From NCBI GenBank assembly GCA_964536245.1, contig CAZHVZ010000003.1:26073-74599 (forward strand): a DNA stretch of 48,527 bases, given 5' to 3'. Of this stretch, positions 23,676 to 32,536 are shown one piece after another; the stretch's first letter is position 1, and each line of letters starts with the position of its first letter. A program made the translations under genes and the position numbers. This stretch comes from an uncultured Rhodocyclaceae bacterium (lineage in GTDB: Bacteria; Pseudomonadota; Gammaproteobacteria; Burkholderiales; Rhodocyclaceae). Below the pieces are notes generated by a model that saw only the letters and a program-made list of their open reading frames with translations, did no database searches and had not been told where the DNA came from.

Positions 23676-25349
23676 ATGACTACGCCACAAAACGGCTACG
23701 GCTCACAACCGGCTACCACTACGGTTCCCGCTTCCGGAAAAAACACCATCGACGCCCTGTTGAGCCTTGTCAAATGGGGCGGGGTGCTTGGTCAGGGAGC
23801 ATCGCTTTCCTACAGTTTTCCCTTCAGTTCGTCGCTATCGGCTACCTGGTCCACCAATACTGCTTACTCCACGGTCAAGGAACCATCGACCGCTTATGGC
23901 CTGAGTCCGATTGAGCAAGCTGCTGCGGAAAGCGCGCTCAGGGCCTGGAGTAATGTAGCCAGCCTCTCCTTTGCGAAAACCGATGATTCGGTCGGTAACG
24001 TCGGGACCATTCGATTCGCATGGACTGGGGCGGTGATGAATAACAGTGTTGGGGTTCCCGCCCATGCCTGGGGGTACTACCCTTCCAGTTACTATGCTCA
24101 AGGGGGCGATGTTTGGTTAAGCAAGTCTGCTTTTCAGAATGACAAGGGATTCGGCACGGAAGCCTTTTGGCAGGACAGGGCATATGGGCAGTACCTGCTG
24201 CAGCACGAACTCGGACATGCCCTTGGGCTGGACCACTCCTTTGAAGGCAATGCGGTCCTGCCGGCAAGCGAGGAGTCGCGTAAATATTCGATCATGTCCT
24301 ATACCGCACACCCAAATAGTTTGATCGTCAGTCCATTGGTCAGCGGGCTGTACACCTATTCCTACGTCTACCCGGATACGCCGATGCTTTACGATGTGGC
24401 AGCCATCCAGTATTTGTATGGCGCCAACATGACCTACAAAACCGGCGATGACACCTATACCTTTGATCCGGCTACTCCGTTCATCAGAACAATCTGGGAC
24501 GCCGGCGGTCGCGATACCATTTCGGTAGCCAATTTCGCCAAGGCATGCACGATTGATTTGCAGCCCGGCCATTATTCAAAAATATCTATTGAAACACCCT
24601 CTTCCGCAGGGATTAGCTGGACCACCCCGCCCAAGGCGAGTTCTTACGATGGAACGGATAATCTGGCGATTGCCTACGGCGTTACGATCGAGAACGCCAT
24701 CGGTGGTGCGGGCAATGACACGATTACCGGTAACTCTGCCAATAACCTGATCGATGGCGGTCCCGGAATTGATACCGTGATCTATCTCGGCAACAAATCA
24801 AACTATTCCGTTGCCAAGATCACCGCTGGATATCGAGTTACCGATGCCAGCGGAAAAGAAGGCGTTGATACCCTGACCAATGTCGAGCGAATTCAGTATG
24901 CGGACAAAACCATTGCACTGGATATTTCGGCAAATGCCGGCCAGGTGTATCGGGTGTACCAAGCCGCGCTTAACCGGCAGCCTGACCAAGGGGGCTTGGG
25001 GGACTGGATTTACGGTATGGATAAAGGAATGTCGCTGACAGATGTCGCCAATGGGTTCATTGGTTCGCCGGAATTCAAGGCACTCTATGGCGAAAATCCA
25101 AGTACGGCGGAGTTTGTGAACCGGCTCTACCAAAATGTGCTGCATCGGGCTGCGACTATTGGGCTAATCAGCTTGACTCCGGAATTCAATCCAGGCCCAC
25201 GGTGCTGGCCGGATTTAGCGAAAGCCCTGAGAATCAGGCGCAGGTCATCGGGCAGATTGGCAATGGATTCGAGTACACCCCGCATATCGGGTGAAGTGGC
25301 CTGGCATGGCAGGACAATTCTTGGCCTCTTGCCCCGGCTTGATCCATAA
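23676..25349 (+). CDS. Serralysin-like (M10B) zinc metalloprotease with one RTX-type repeat and C-terminal DUF4214 repeats; 3' end frameshifted
   Basis: It has HELGHALGLDH, the Met-turn SIMSY, YLYGAN, TIWDAGGRDTI and GGAGNDTITG, then DUF4214-like VYRVYQAALNRQPDQGGLGDW. After LHRAA (about 25154) the family-like sequence continues in another frame and stops at 25292..25294. Confidence 0.8.
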   Translation: MTTPQNGYGSQPATTTVPASGKNTIDALLSLVKWGGVLGQGASLSYSFPFSSSLSATWSTNTAYSTVKEPSTAYGLSPIEQAAAESALRAWSNVASLSFAKTDDSVGNVGTIRFAWTGAVMNNSVGVPAHAWGYYPSSYYAQGGDVWLSKSAFQNDKGFGTEAFWQDRAYGQYLLQHELGHALGLDHSFEGNAVLPASEESRKYSIMSYTAHPNSLIVSPLVSGLYTYSYVYPDTPMLYDVAAIQYLYGANMTYKTGDDTYTFDPATPFIRTIWDAGGRDTISVANFAKACTIDLQPGHYSKISIETPSSAGISWTTPPKASSYDGTDNLAIAYGVTIENAIGGAGNDTITGNSANNLIDGGPGIDTVIYLGNKSNYSVAKITAGYRVTDASGKEGVDTLTNVERIQYADKTIALDISANAGQVYRVYQAALNRQPDQGGLGDWIYGMDKGMSLTDVANGFIGSPEFKALYGENPSTAEFVNRLYQNVLHRAATIGLISLTPEFNPGPRCWPDLAKALRIRRRSSGRLAMDSSTPRISGEVAWHGRTILGLLPRLDP

Positions 25350-25375
25350 TCGGGTAAACATGCTTGGGAGCCGCC

Positions 25376-26017
25376 ATGCAACGCCAAATCAAAGGTCGGG
25401 ACAGTGATGAAAGCTTGGCTAGCGAAACAATTCCCTTTCGCGGGCTGATTCGTTACGAGCAGGAATTGCCGGTTCGCCAGGTTTCCTATTACCTCTGCGG
25501 AGACATCCAGGAGCCGCAGTACTACAGTGAGCTGTTCTACACCCTGCGGACGGCCAATGAAACCGACCTGATTTACCTGCACCTGAACTCTCCCGGCGGC
25601 GATTTCAATACCGGTCTGCAGATCATGAACAATATCCGTGCTTCCAGTGCCCGGGTGGTGACCATTCTGGAGGCAAGAGCCTATTCCATGGCAGCGCTGA
25701 TCTTCCTGTGCGGTGACGAATTAATCGTCCATGACAATTGCCAGCTGATGTTCCATATTTATTCCGGGAGTTTTGCCGGCAAGGGCAATGAGCAGCAGGC
25801 AGAGGTCATCGCCATCAGCAGTTGGTTCGAGAAGGTGATGACCCGCATTTGCACACCTTTTCTTTCCGAAAGCGAGATCGGAAAAATTCTCAAGGGGTCG
25901 GATGTGTGGATGGATTCCGACGATATCCGTCATCGCTTGATGCGTATGCAACGGGCCCAAAACAGGGGTTTGCCGGCGAAGAAAAAGGAGAAGGCCCGGA
26001 GCGGCCAGAAATCTTGA
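25376..26017 (+). CDS. ClpP-fold (S14-like) serine protease family protein, orphan
   Basis: ATG 25376 is preceded by GGGAG (the listed ORF uses TTG 25364). It has the ClpP-like motifs LNSPGG, AYSMAAL (Ser position) and MFHIY (His position), and a Lys-rich tail. Confidence 0.6.
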   Translation: MQRQIKGRDSDESLASETIPFRGLIRYEQELPVRQVSYYLCGDIQEPQYYSELFYTLRTANETDLIYLHLNSPGGDFNTGLQIMNNIRASSARVVTILEARAYSMAALIFLCGDELIVHDNCQLMFHIYSGSFAGKGNEQQAEVIAISSWFEKVMTRICTPFLSESEIGKILKGSDVWMDSDDIRHRLMRMQRAQNRGLPAKKKEKARSGQKS

Positions 26018-26077
26018 CGGTTAGCCGGGCGATCCGTCAGCCGGTGGATTGCGCTTTTCGCTCCGAACTGTCCGCTA

Positions 26078-26105
26078 TTTAAGGAAGACTTAATCCGGGC
26101 TAAGT
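26078..26105 (+). promoter_or_regulatory. PmrA/BasR-type direct repeat TTTAAG-N5-CTTAAT-N5-CTAAGT upstream of the efflux operon
   Basis: The first two hexamers fit YTTAAK-N5-YTTAAK exactly, and the third is degenerate. A -10-like TAGACT lies at 26105..26110. The site is 33-60 nt upstream of the MFP ATG. Confidence 0.4.
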
Positions 26106-26137
26106 AGACTTGGGCTCCACGCTTTCGCGAGTCCTAC

Positions 26138-27214
26138 ATGCCCATGCTTTTCCGATTCATGGCTTTACCACTGGCCCTTGCCGCCAGCCTTGGTGCTATC
26201 GCTGAGACCATTCCCCTGCAAGCAGCCCACATCAAGGCATTGGGGATAGAGGTAAGGGCCGCCGGCCAGTCGGGAAGTGCTGCTTCCGGACCGTACCCGG
26301 CGCGGGTTCTGGTTCCCAATGAACAGATGCGCTTGGTGACCGCGCCGGTGGCCGGCATGGTGGAGAGGCTGGCAGTGGCCCCCGGCCAGTCGGTGCGACG
26401 CGGGCAAATCGTTGCTCACCTGGTTAGCCAGCAAGCCCTGGAACTCCAGCGGGATGCCCTGCAGGCGAGTAGTCAGGCCGGTCTCCTCCAGCACAATCTG
26501 AAACGGGACGAGCAGTTGTATGCCGAGGGCTTGATTGCCGAATCCCGTTTTCAGGCAACCCGTGCGGCGGCCAGCCAGGCGGCTGCCCAGGCCAGCGAGC
26601 GTCGCCAGGGGCTGGCCCTGGCCGGCGTTGCGCCGGGCAAACTGGGGGGCGGTCTCGCCCTGACGGCGCCGATTGACGGAGTGGTGCTCGAACAGGGGGT
26701 GCAGCTCGGTCAGCGTATTGAAACCTCGGCCATGCTCTATCGCATTGCCAAACTCTCCCCCCTCTGGCTGGAAATCCAGGCTCCTCTTGACTTGGCCGCA
26801 GAGTTGCGGGACGGCATGACGGTCAGGTTGGCCGGCAGTCCGCTGACGGGCAGGCTGATCGCCATCGGACGGGCGGTGGACCCGGCCAGCCAGACCGTAT
26901 TGCTGCGGGCTTCGGTGAGTGCCGGGACTGAAACCCTTTATCCCGGCCAGGTGGTGGAGGTCGAAATTGATGCTTTTCCCGCCCATCGGCAGAGCCTGCC
27001 GGCATCTGCCCTGGCCCGCCACCAAGGGCAGGTGGTGGTGTTTGTGGAACAGAGCGGCAATGAACAGGGAATGATTCTGGAGGTACGCCGGGTCAAGCTG
27101 CTTGGCCAGGGCGGCGACAGGGTGGTGGTTGATGGCGTGAAGTCCGGGGAACGGATCGCCGTGAGCGGGGTTTCCGGTCTCAAGGCCCTGCTGGCAGGGG
27201 TCGGACAAGACTGA
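26138..27214 (+). CDS. Efflux RND periplasmic adaptor (MFP; CzcB/CusB-like)
   Basis: It has a signal peptide, a coiled-coil hairpin region and barrel domains typical of HlyD/MFP proteins. Its stop overlaps the RND start (TGATG). Confidence 0.85.
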   Translation: MPMLFRFMALPLALAASLGAIAETIPLQAAHIKALGIEVRAAGQSGSAASGPYPARVLVPNEQMRLVTAPVAGMVERLAVAPGQSVRRGQIVAHLVSQQALELQRDALQASSQAGLLQHNLKRDEQLYAEGLIAESRFQATRAAASQAAAQASERRQGLALAGVAPGKLGGGLALTAPIDGVVLEQGVQLGQRIETSAMLYRIAKLSPLWLEIQAPLDLAAELRDGMTVRLAGSPLTGRLIAIGRAVDPASQTVLLRASVSAGTETLYPGQVVEVEIDAFPAHRQSLPASALARHQGQVVVFVEQSGNEQGMILEVRRVKLLGQGGDRVVVDGVKSGERIAVSGVSGLKALLAGVGQD

Positions 27215-30200
27215 TGCTGGCTTCCCTGATCCGTTTTTCCCTGACCCAGCGCCTGCTCGTTCTGGTTCTTACTGCCATGCTGGTGGCGGCTGGTGTGCGG
27301 GCTTTCATGGGCTTGCCGATTGATGCCTTTCCGGATGTATCGAGTAGTCAGGTGAAAATCATTCTGAAAGCCCCCGGCATGACGCCGGAGGAGGTGGAAT
27401 CCCGCCTCGCGGTGCCGGTCGAACAGGAACTTCTCGGGATTCCCAACCAGCGTCTGTTACGCTCGACTTCAAAATATGCCCTGACCGACATCACCATCGA
27501 TTTCGAGGATGGCACCGATATCTATTGGGCGCGCCAGCAAGTGGGGGAGCGCTTGGCCAGCGCCATGGGCAACCTGCCGCCGGGCGTGACCGGCGGCATC
27601 GCACCGATGACCACCCCTCTGGGCGAGATGTATATGTTCACCGTGGAGGGTGATCTCCCCCTTGCCGAAAAGCGCGCCTTGCTCGATTGGGTGATTCGTC
27701 CCCAGTTACGGACCATTCCCGGTGTAGCCGATGTGAACAGTCTGGGGGGCGAAGTGCGCACCTTCGAGGTCGTTCCCCGGCCCCAGAGCCTTGCGGCACG
27801 AGGACTGGCCCTGAGGGACTTGCAGCGGGTGCTGGAGGCCAATAACCGCAATGATGGTGCCGGTCGTCTGGCGGATGGAGAAGAGGCGCTGCTGGTCCGG
27901 GCAGAAGGTGCCATACGCTCCGTGGATGATGTGAAGAGCATCGTCTTGCTGACCACGGACGACAATGTGGTGCGCGTGGAAGATGTCGCCGAGGTGCGCA
28001 TGGGGGCGCTTACCCGTTACGGAGCCGTGACCAAAAATGGTCGCGGTGAAGCGGTCGAGGGCTTGGTGCTCGGTCTGCGCGGGGCCAATGCCCAGGCTGT
28101 CGTAGCGGGAGTCAAGGCAAGGTTGGCCGAAATAGCGCCAAGCCTGCCCAAAGGGGTTTCGACCGAGGCATTCTATGACCGCAGCAATCTGGTCGAACGG
28201 GCCGTCGGCACTGTTTCAAAGGCCTTGCTGGAAGCCATTGTTCTGGTTGTTCTGCTTCTCCTGGCCTTTCTCGGGAACCTGCGGGCCGCCCTGGTGGTGG
28301 CCGTGATGCTTCCTCTTTCGGCCCTGGCCACCTTTATTCTCATGCGCCTGTTCGGACTGTCGGCCAACCTGATGAGTCTGGGCGGGCTGGCCATCGCCAT
28401 CGGCATGCTGGTCGATGCGGCCGTGGTTGTTGTGGAGAATATTGAAAGCCAGCTGGCCGAGGCGCAGGACAATCTGCCCACTCTGCACCTGATCTATCGG
28501 GCTGCAAGGGAAGTGGCGGCGCCGGTGACCTCCGGCATCATCATTATCGTCATCGTTTTTCTGCCTCTTCTGACCTTGCAAGGACTGGAAGGGAAAATGT
28601 TCAGCCCGGTAGCGATGACCATTATCTTTGCCCTCTCTGCCTCGTTATTGCTCTCCCTGACCGTGGTGCCGGTACTGGCCTCCTATCTGATCCGCCGGGG
28701 AATCCACCCGGAACCCTGGCTGGTCAAAAAATTGGCGGTCTTCTATGCCCAGGTGCTGGGCGCCGCTCTGGCCCACAGCCGGCGTTTCATCGTGGCTGCG
28801 CTGATTGCCCTGCTTGCTGCCGGGGGTGCCTTTCTGTTTCTCGGCAAGAGCTTCATGCCCACCATGGATGAAGGCGATCTGATCATGCAGCTGGAAAAAC
28901 TGCCGTCCATCGGGCTGGATCAGAGCATCGCTCTCGACAGCCGTGTGCAGCAGGCCGTCCTGGCGCAGGTGCCGGAGATCAAGGCCATCGTCGCCCGTGC
29001 CGGTTCCGATGAACTGGGTCTGGACCCCATGGGCCTCAATCAGAGCGATACCTTCCTGGTTCTGCACCCCCGCAATACCTGGCGGAACGATGATCCGGCC
29101 TGGCTGGCAGACCAGTTACGGGCGGTGATGAAAGATTTCCCCGGTATCGGGTTTTCATTTACCCAGCCCATCGATATGCGGGTATCGGAAATGCTGACCG
29201 GAGTAAGGGGGGATCTGGCCGGCAAAATCCATGGCCCCGACTTGCCGACGCTCAATCGTCTGGCCGGGGAAGTGGTGGCCAGCATCAAAACGGTCCCCGG
29301 CGCCGAGGATACCTTCACCCTGAAGAACGACGGCGTGCAGTACCTGAAAATAGCCGTAGACCGCCTGGCAGCCGGTCGTTTCGGCCTGAGCGTGGACGCC
29401 GTCCAGAATGATCTGAAAGCTCTTCTGGAAGGACAGAATGTCGGCACCGTCATGGAGGGGGGGCGGCGTATCCCGGTCATTCTGCGTGGCCCGGAAAGCC
29501 TGCGTACCTCGCCGGCTGACTTTGCCGCCCTGCGCCTCACCCGGCCCAACGGCGCCAGTGTTCCCTTGGCCGCCGTGGCCAGGATCGAACGGGTCGACGG
29601 TCCGGTCAAGGTGGATCGGGAAAATGCCCAGCGCTACGTGGTGGTTCAGTCGAACGTGCGGGATCGTGATCTGGTTGGCTTTGTCGAGGATGCCAAAAAC
29701 GCCGTGGCGAAAACTGTAAAACTGCCGGAAGCCTACCGTCTGGCCTGGGGCGGTCAGTTTGAAAACCAGCAAAGAGCGTCTGCCCGATTGATGATTGTGG
29801 TCCCCGTGGCCTTGCTGCTCATCTTTTTTCTGCTCTTTTCCACTTTTGGTTCGCTGCGTCAGGCTCTGCTGGTTCTTTCCAATATTCCCCTCGCCATGAT
29901 CGGCGGTGTTTTCGGTCTGCTTCTGGCCGGCGAATACCTGTCGGTACCGGCTTCCGTCGGCTTTATTGCCCTGCTCGGAATTGCCGTCCTGAACGGCGTG
30001 GTGATGGTCAGCTACTTCAACCAGCTCCTGGCGCGGGGCTTGCCGGTGGCCGAGGCGGTGGTGGAAGGGGCACGCCGACGCCTGCGTCCGGTGCTGATGA
30101 CCGCCAGCATTGCTGCGTTCGGCCTGGTCCCCATGCTGTTTGCCAGCGGCCCGGGTTCCGAAGTACAGCGGCCTCTGGCGATCGTGGTCATCGGCGGTTT

Positions 30201-30300
30201 GCTGACCTCGACAGCCCTGACCCTGGTTTTGCTGCCCATTCTATTCCGCCGCTTCGGAGTGGAACCGAGCTTTGCTTTCAAGGAGGAAATCCATGGCTGA
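27214..30300 (+). CDS. CusA/CzcA-family heavy-metal efflux RND permease
   Basis: The 1028-aa product has 12-TM RND architecture. The TM4 motif is GGLAIAIGMLVDAAVVVVEN. Confidence 0.9.
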   Translation: MLASLIRFSLTQRLLVLVLTAMLVAAGVRAFMGLPIDAFPDVSSSQVKIILKAPGMTPEEVESRLAVPVEQELLGIPNQRLLRSTSKYALTDITIDFEDGTDIYWARQQVGERLASAMGNLPPGVTGGIAPMTTPLGEMYMFTVEGDLPLAEKRALLDWVIRPQLRTIPGVADVNSLGGEVRTFEVVPRPQSLAARGLALRDLQRVLEANNRNDGAGRLADGEEALLVRAEGAIRSVDDVKSIVLLTTDDNVVRVEDVAEVRMGALTRYGAVTKNGRGEAVEGLVLGLRGANAQAVVAGVKARLAEIAPSLPKGVSTEAFYDRSNLVERAVGTVSKALLEAIVLVVLLLLAFLGNLRAALVVAVMLPLSALATFILMRLFGLSANLMSLGGLAIAIGMLVDAAVVVVENIESQLAEAQDNLPTLHLIYRAAREVAAPVTSGIIIIVIVFLPLLTLQGLEGKMFSPVAMTIIFALSASLLLSLTVVPVLASYLIRRGIHPEPWLVKKLAVFYAQVLGAALAHSRRFIVAALIALLAAGGAFLFLGKSFMPTMDEGDLIMQLEKLPSIGLDQSIALDSRVQQAVLAQVPEIKAIVARAGSDELGLDPMGLNQSDTFLVLHPRNTWRNDDPAWLADQLRAVMKDFPGIGFSFTQPIDMRVSEMLTGVRGDLAGKIHGPDLPTLNRLAGEVVASIKTVPGAEDTFTLKNDGVQYLKIAVDRLAAGRFGLSVDAVQNDLKALLEGQNVGTVMEGGRRIPVILRGPESLRTSPADFAALRLTRPNGASVPLAAVARIERVDGPVKVDRENAQRYVVVQSNVRDRDLVGFVEDAKNAVAKTVKLPEAYRLAWGGQFENQQRASARLMIVVPVALLLIFFLLFSTFGSLRQALLVLSNIPLAMIGGVFGLLLAGEYLSVPASVGFIALLGIAVLNGVVMVSYFNQLLARGLPVAEAVVEGARRRLRPVLMTASIAAFGLVPMLFASGPGSEVQRPLAIVVIGGLLTSTALTLVLLPILFRRFGVEPSFAFKEEIHG

Positions 30301-30595
30301 GGTTCTGCTTACCCTGGTGATGCCTGACGACGTGGCCCAACAGGTGGAAGATCTCCTGCTTTCCCGCCCGGATCTGATCCGTGGCTTTACCGCCAGCCGG
30401 GCAGACGGCCATGGCTCGGTGGTACAACTGGTGGCGCCGGGCGAACTGGTGAGCGGCCATGCCTCGCGTACCCAGATTCAGACTGTCGGAGCGGAAGAAG
30501 CGATGGCTGCCGTCCTGGAGCTTGTGAAAGCCGATCTGCCGCGCGCCAACGTGTTTTTCTGGCTGGTTCCGGTAATCGGCATGGGGCGCTTATGA
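30293..30595 (+). CDS. DUF3240 family small protein
   Basis: The start is M8 of listed ORF 30272..30595, and the ATG overlaps the RND stop. This roughly 100-aa protein is of the kind found inside czc-like operons. Family recognition is from memory. Confidence 0.55.
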   Translation: MAEVLLTLVMPDDVAQQVEDLLLSRPDLIRGFTASRADGHGSVVQLVAPGELVSGHASRTQIQTVGAEEAMAAVLELVKADLPRANVFFWLVPVIGMGRL

Positions 30596-31842
30596 AACTC
30601 CTCATCTACCTGCTGGCTGCCCTTTGTGGCCGGGCGATGGCGGCGGAAGTGCTTCCCAACCTGCCGCCCGTCGAGGTGGTGAGCAAGGTTCTCCGGTCCA
30701 CTCCCCTGGTGCAGGCGGCCGACCGCCAGATACAGGTTGAGGAGGCCAATCGCAGCCGTCTCGAAGCCGGCAGCCACGAATGGAATGTGCGGTTCGGTGG
30801 CCAGCAGCGAAAGAGCACTCCGGCCCTTGGACCTGGTGAGCGCTTCAGCGAATGGAATGTGGCTCTTGAGCGCCCCCTGCGTATGCCCGGCAAAGCCGTG
30901 CTTGACGCCGATCTCGGTGCTTCCGGCGTGGCTCTGGCGGATACGGCGGCGGGCGATGTGCTGCACGAAACCAGCCGCAATCTGCTCAAGTCCTGGTTCA
31001 CCTGGCTCAAGGAACAGGTTGCGGTTGCCCAGTGGGGTGACCAGCTTGCCCTGCTGGATAAACAGGTCCGCTCTGTCCAACGCCGCCAGCAGCTGGGGGA
31101 TGCTGCCAGGCTGGAGACGGTTCAAGCGGAAGCAGCGCTGGCCCAGGCCGAGGTCCAGTTGGCCCAGGCTCACGCCCGCTTGAACGCCACCCGCGCCGAT
31201 TTGAACCGCCGCTTTCCCGACCTGCCCCTGGGCGAACCCGGCCCGATTGCTGATCCTTTGCCGATTGTCGGGGATGAGAACGAGTGGATAGAGGCAATCG
31301 TGTCCCACAGCCACGAATTCGAGCTGGCCCGGGAACAGACCCGCAAGGCCCGTATTTCGGCTGAGCGGGCGAATCGTGACCGTTTGCCGGACCCGACGGT
31401 GGGCATGCATGTCTATCGGGAACGGGGGGGCGAGGAGCATGTTGTCGGAGCCTTTATCAGTATTCCCTTGCCGGGCCAGGCGCGTCGTGCTGCTTCGGAA
31501 GCTGCCGTTGCCCAGGTCGAGGTGGCCGCCCTGCACGAGCGCTCAGTCCGGCAGAAGATCATTGCCGAAGCGGCAGCGCTCTATCACACGGCCACGGCCG
31601 CCATTTCGTCCTGGCGGTCAGGCCGGCAAGCCGCCGACCGTCTGCATCAGGCAGCAAACATGATGGCGCGGGCCTATCAGCTCGGTGAGGGCAGCTTGAG
31701 CGATTTGTTGGCGGCAAGGCGGCTGGCCGGTGAGGCGGGACTGGCGTCCCGGCTGGCCCAGCTTGATGCCCTGGAGCTGCGTTATCGTTTGTTGCTCGAT
31801 GCCCACCAACTGTGGCCGCTCGATGACCATGGCGACCACTGA
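30592..31842 (+). CDS. TolC-family outer membrane efflux protein (CzcC-like)
   Basis: It has a signal peptide and two OEP repeats. There is an ATGA overlap with the preceding gene. Confidence 0.85.
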   Translation: MKLLIYLLAALCGRAMAAEVLPNLPPVEVVSKVLRSTPLVQAADRQIQVEEANRSRLEAGSHEWNVRFGGQQRKSTPALGPGERFSEWNVALERPLRMPGKAVLDADLGASGVALADTAAGDVLHETSRNLLKSWFTWLKEQVAVAQWGDQLALLDKQVRSVQRRQQLGDAARLETVQAEAALAQAEVQLAQAHARLNATRADLNRRFPDLPLGEPGPIADPLPIVGDENEWIEAIVSHSHEFELAREQTRKARISAERANRDRLPDPTVGMHVYRERGGEEHVVGAFISIPLPGQARRAASEAAVAQVEVAALHERSVRQKIIAEAAALYHTATAAISSWRSGRQAADRLHQAANMMARAYQLGEGSLSDLLAARRLAGEAGLASRLAQLDALELRYRLLLDAHQLWPLDDHGDH

Positions 31843-31879
31843 GGAGCGATCTGCCGGCAAGCTGCTAGAATCGAACGCC

Positions 31880-32536
31880 ATGCGCATCCTGCTCGTTGAA
31901 GACGATCTCCAGCTTGGCGATGGACTGACCGTTGGTCTGCGCCAGTCCGGTTTTGCCGTCGATTGGGTGCGCGACGGGCAGTCGGCGGATCTCGCCCTGC
32001 GTACCGAAGAGTTTGATCTGCTGGTGCTCGATCTCGGGTTGCCGCGACTGTCCGGCATGGACGTCCTGCGGCGTCTGAGGGAGCGTGGCCAGTCCCTGCC
32101 GGTGCTGATTTTGACCGCTCGCGATGGAACCGGTGACAAGGTTGCCGGGCTGGATGCCGGTGCGGATGACTATCTGGTCAAACCCGTTGATCTGGACGAG
32201 CTGGCTGCCCGCATCCGCGCCTTGACCCGGCGCATTGCAGGGCGAGCGGCGCCGATGCTGTGCCACGACGAACTGGTCCTGGACCCGGCGGCCCATAGCG
32301 TCACCCTGGCCGGAAAACCGGTGGAGTTGTCGGGTCGGGAGTTTTCCCTGCTCCAGGTATTGCTCGAGAGCGCTGGCCGGGTGCTGACCCGAAGTCAGCT
32401 GGAACGATCCCTGTACGGTTGGCGGGATGAGCCGGACAGCAACGCCCTTGAAGTGCACATTCACCATTTGCGCAAGAAATTGGGAAGTGATCTGATTCGC
32501 ACCCTGCGCGGTGTTGGCTACACCATATCAAAGTGA
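31880..32536 (+). CDS. OmpR-family response regulator, QseB/PmrA(BasR)-like
   Basis: The start is M51 of listed ORF 31730..32536. It begins MRILLVEDD and has the receiver Asp (LLVLDLGLP). The C-terminal SNALEVHIHHLRKKLGSDLIRTLRGVGYTI closely parallels E. coli QseB. Confidence 0.9.
   Translation: MRILLVEDDLQLGDGLTVGLRQSGFAVDWVRDGQSADLALRTEEFDLLVLDLGLPRLSGMDVLRRLRERGQSLPVLILTARDGTGDKVAGLDAGADDYLVKPVDLDELAARIRALTRRIAGRAAPMLCHDELVLDPAAHSVTLAGKPVELSGREFSLLQVLLESAGRVLTRSQLERSLYGWRDEPDSNALEVHIHHLRKKLGSDLIRTLRGVGYTISK

Noticed and set aside
23648-23914. 88-aa ORF overlapping the 5' end of the metalloprotease gene
   Set aside because: It is out of frame inside a gene with clear family identity, and it has no features of its own.
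25376-26017. ClpP-fold gene as a prophage head-maturation protease or prophage remnant
   Set aside because: No portal, capsid, terminase, integrase or att-like repeats are visible in the flanks. A very degraded remnant cannot be excluded without database searches.
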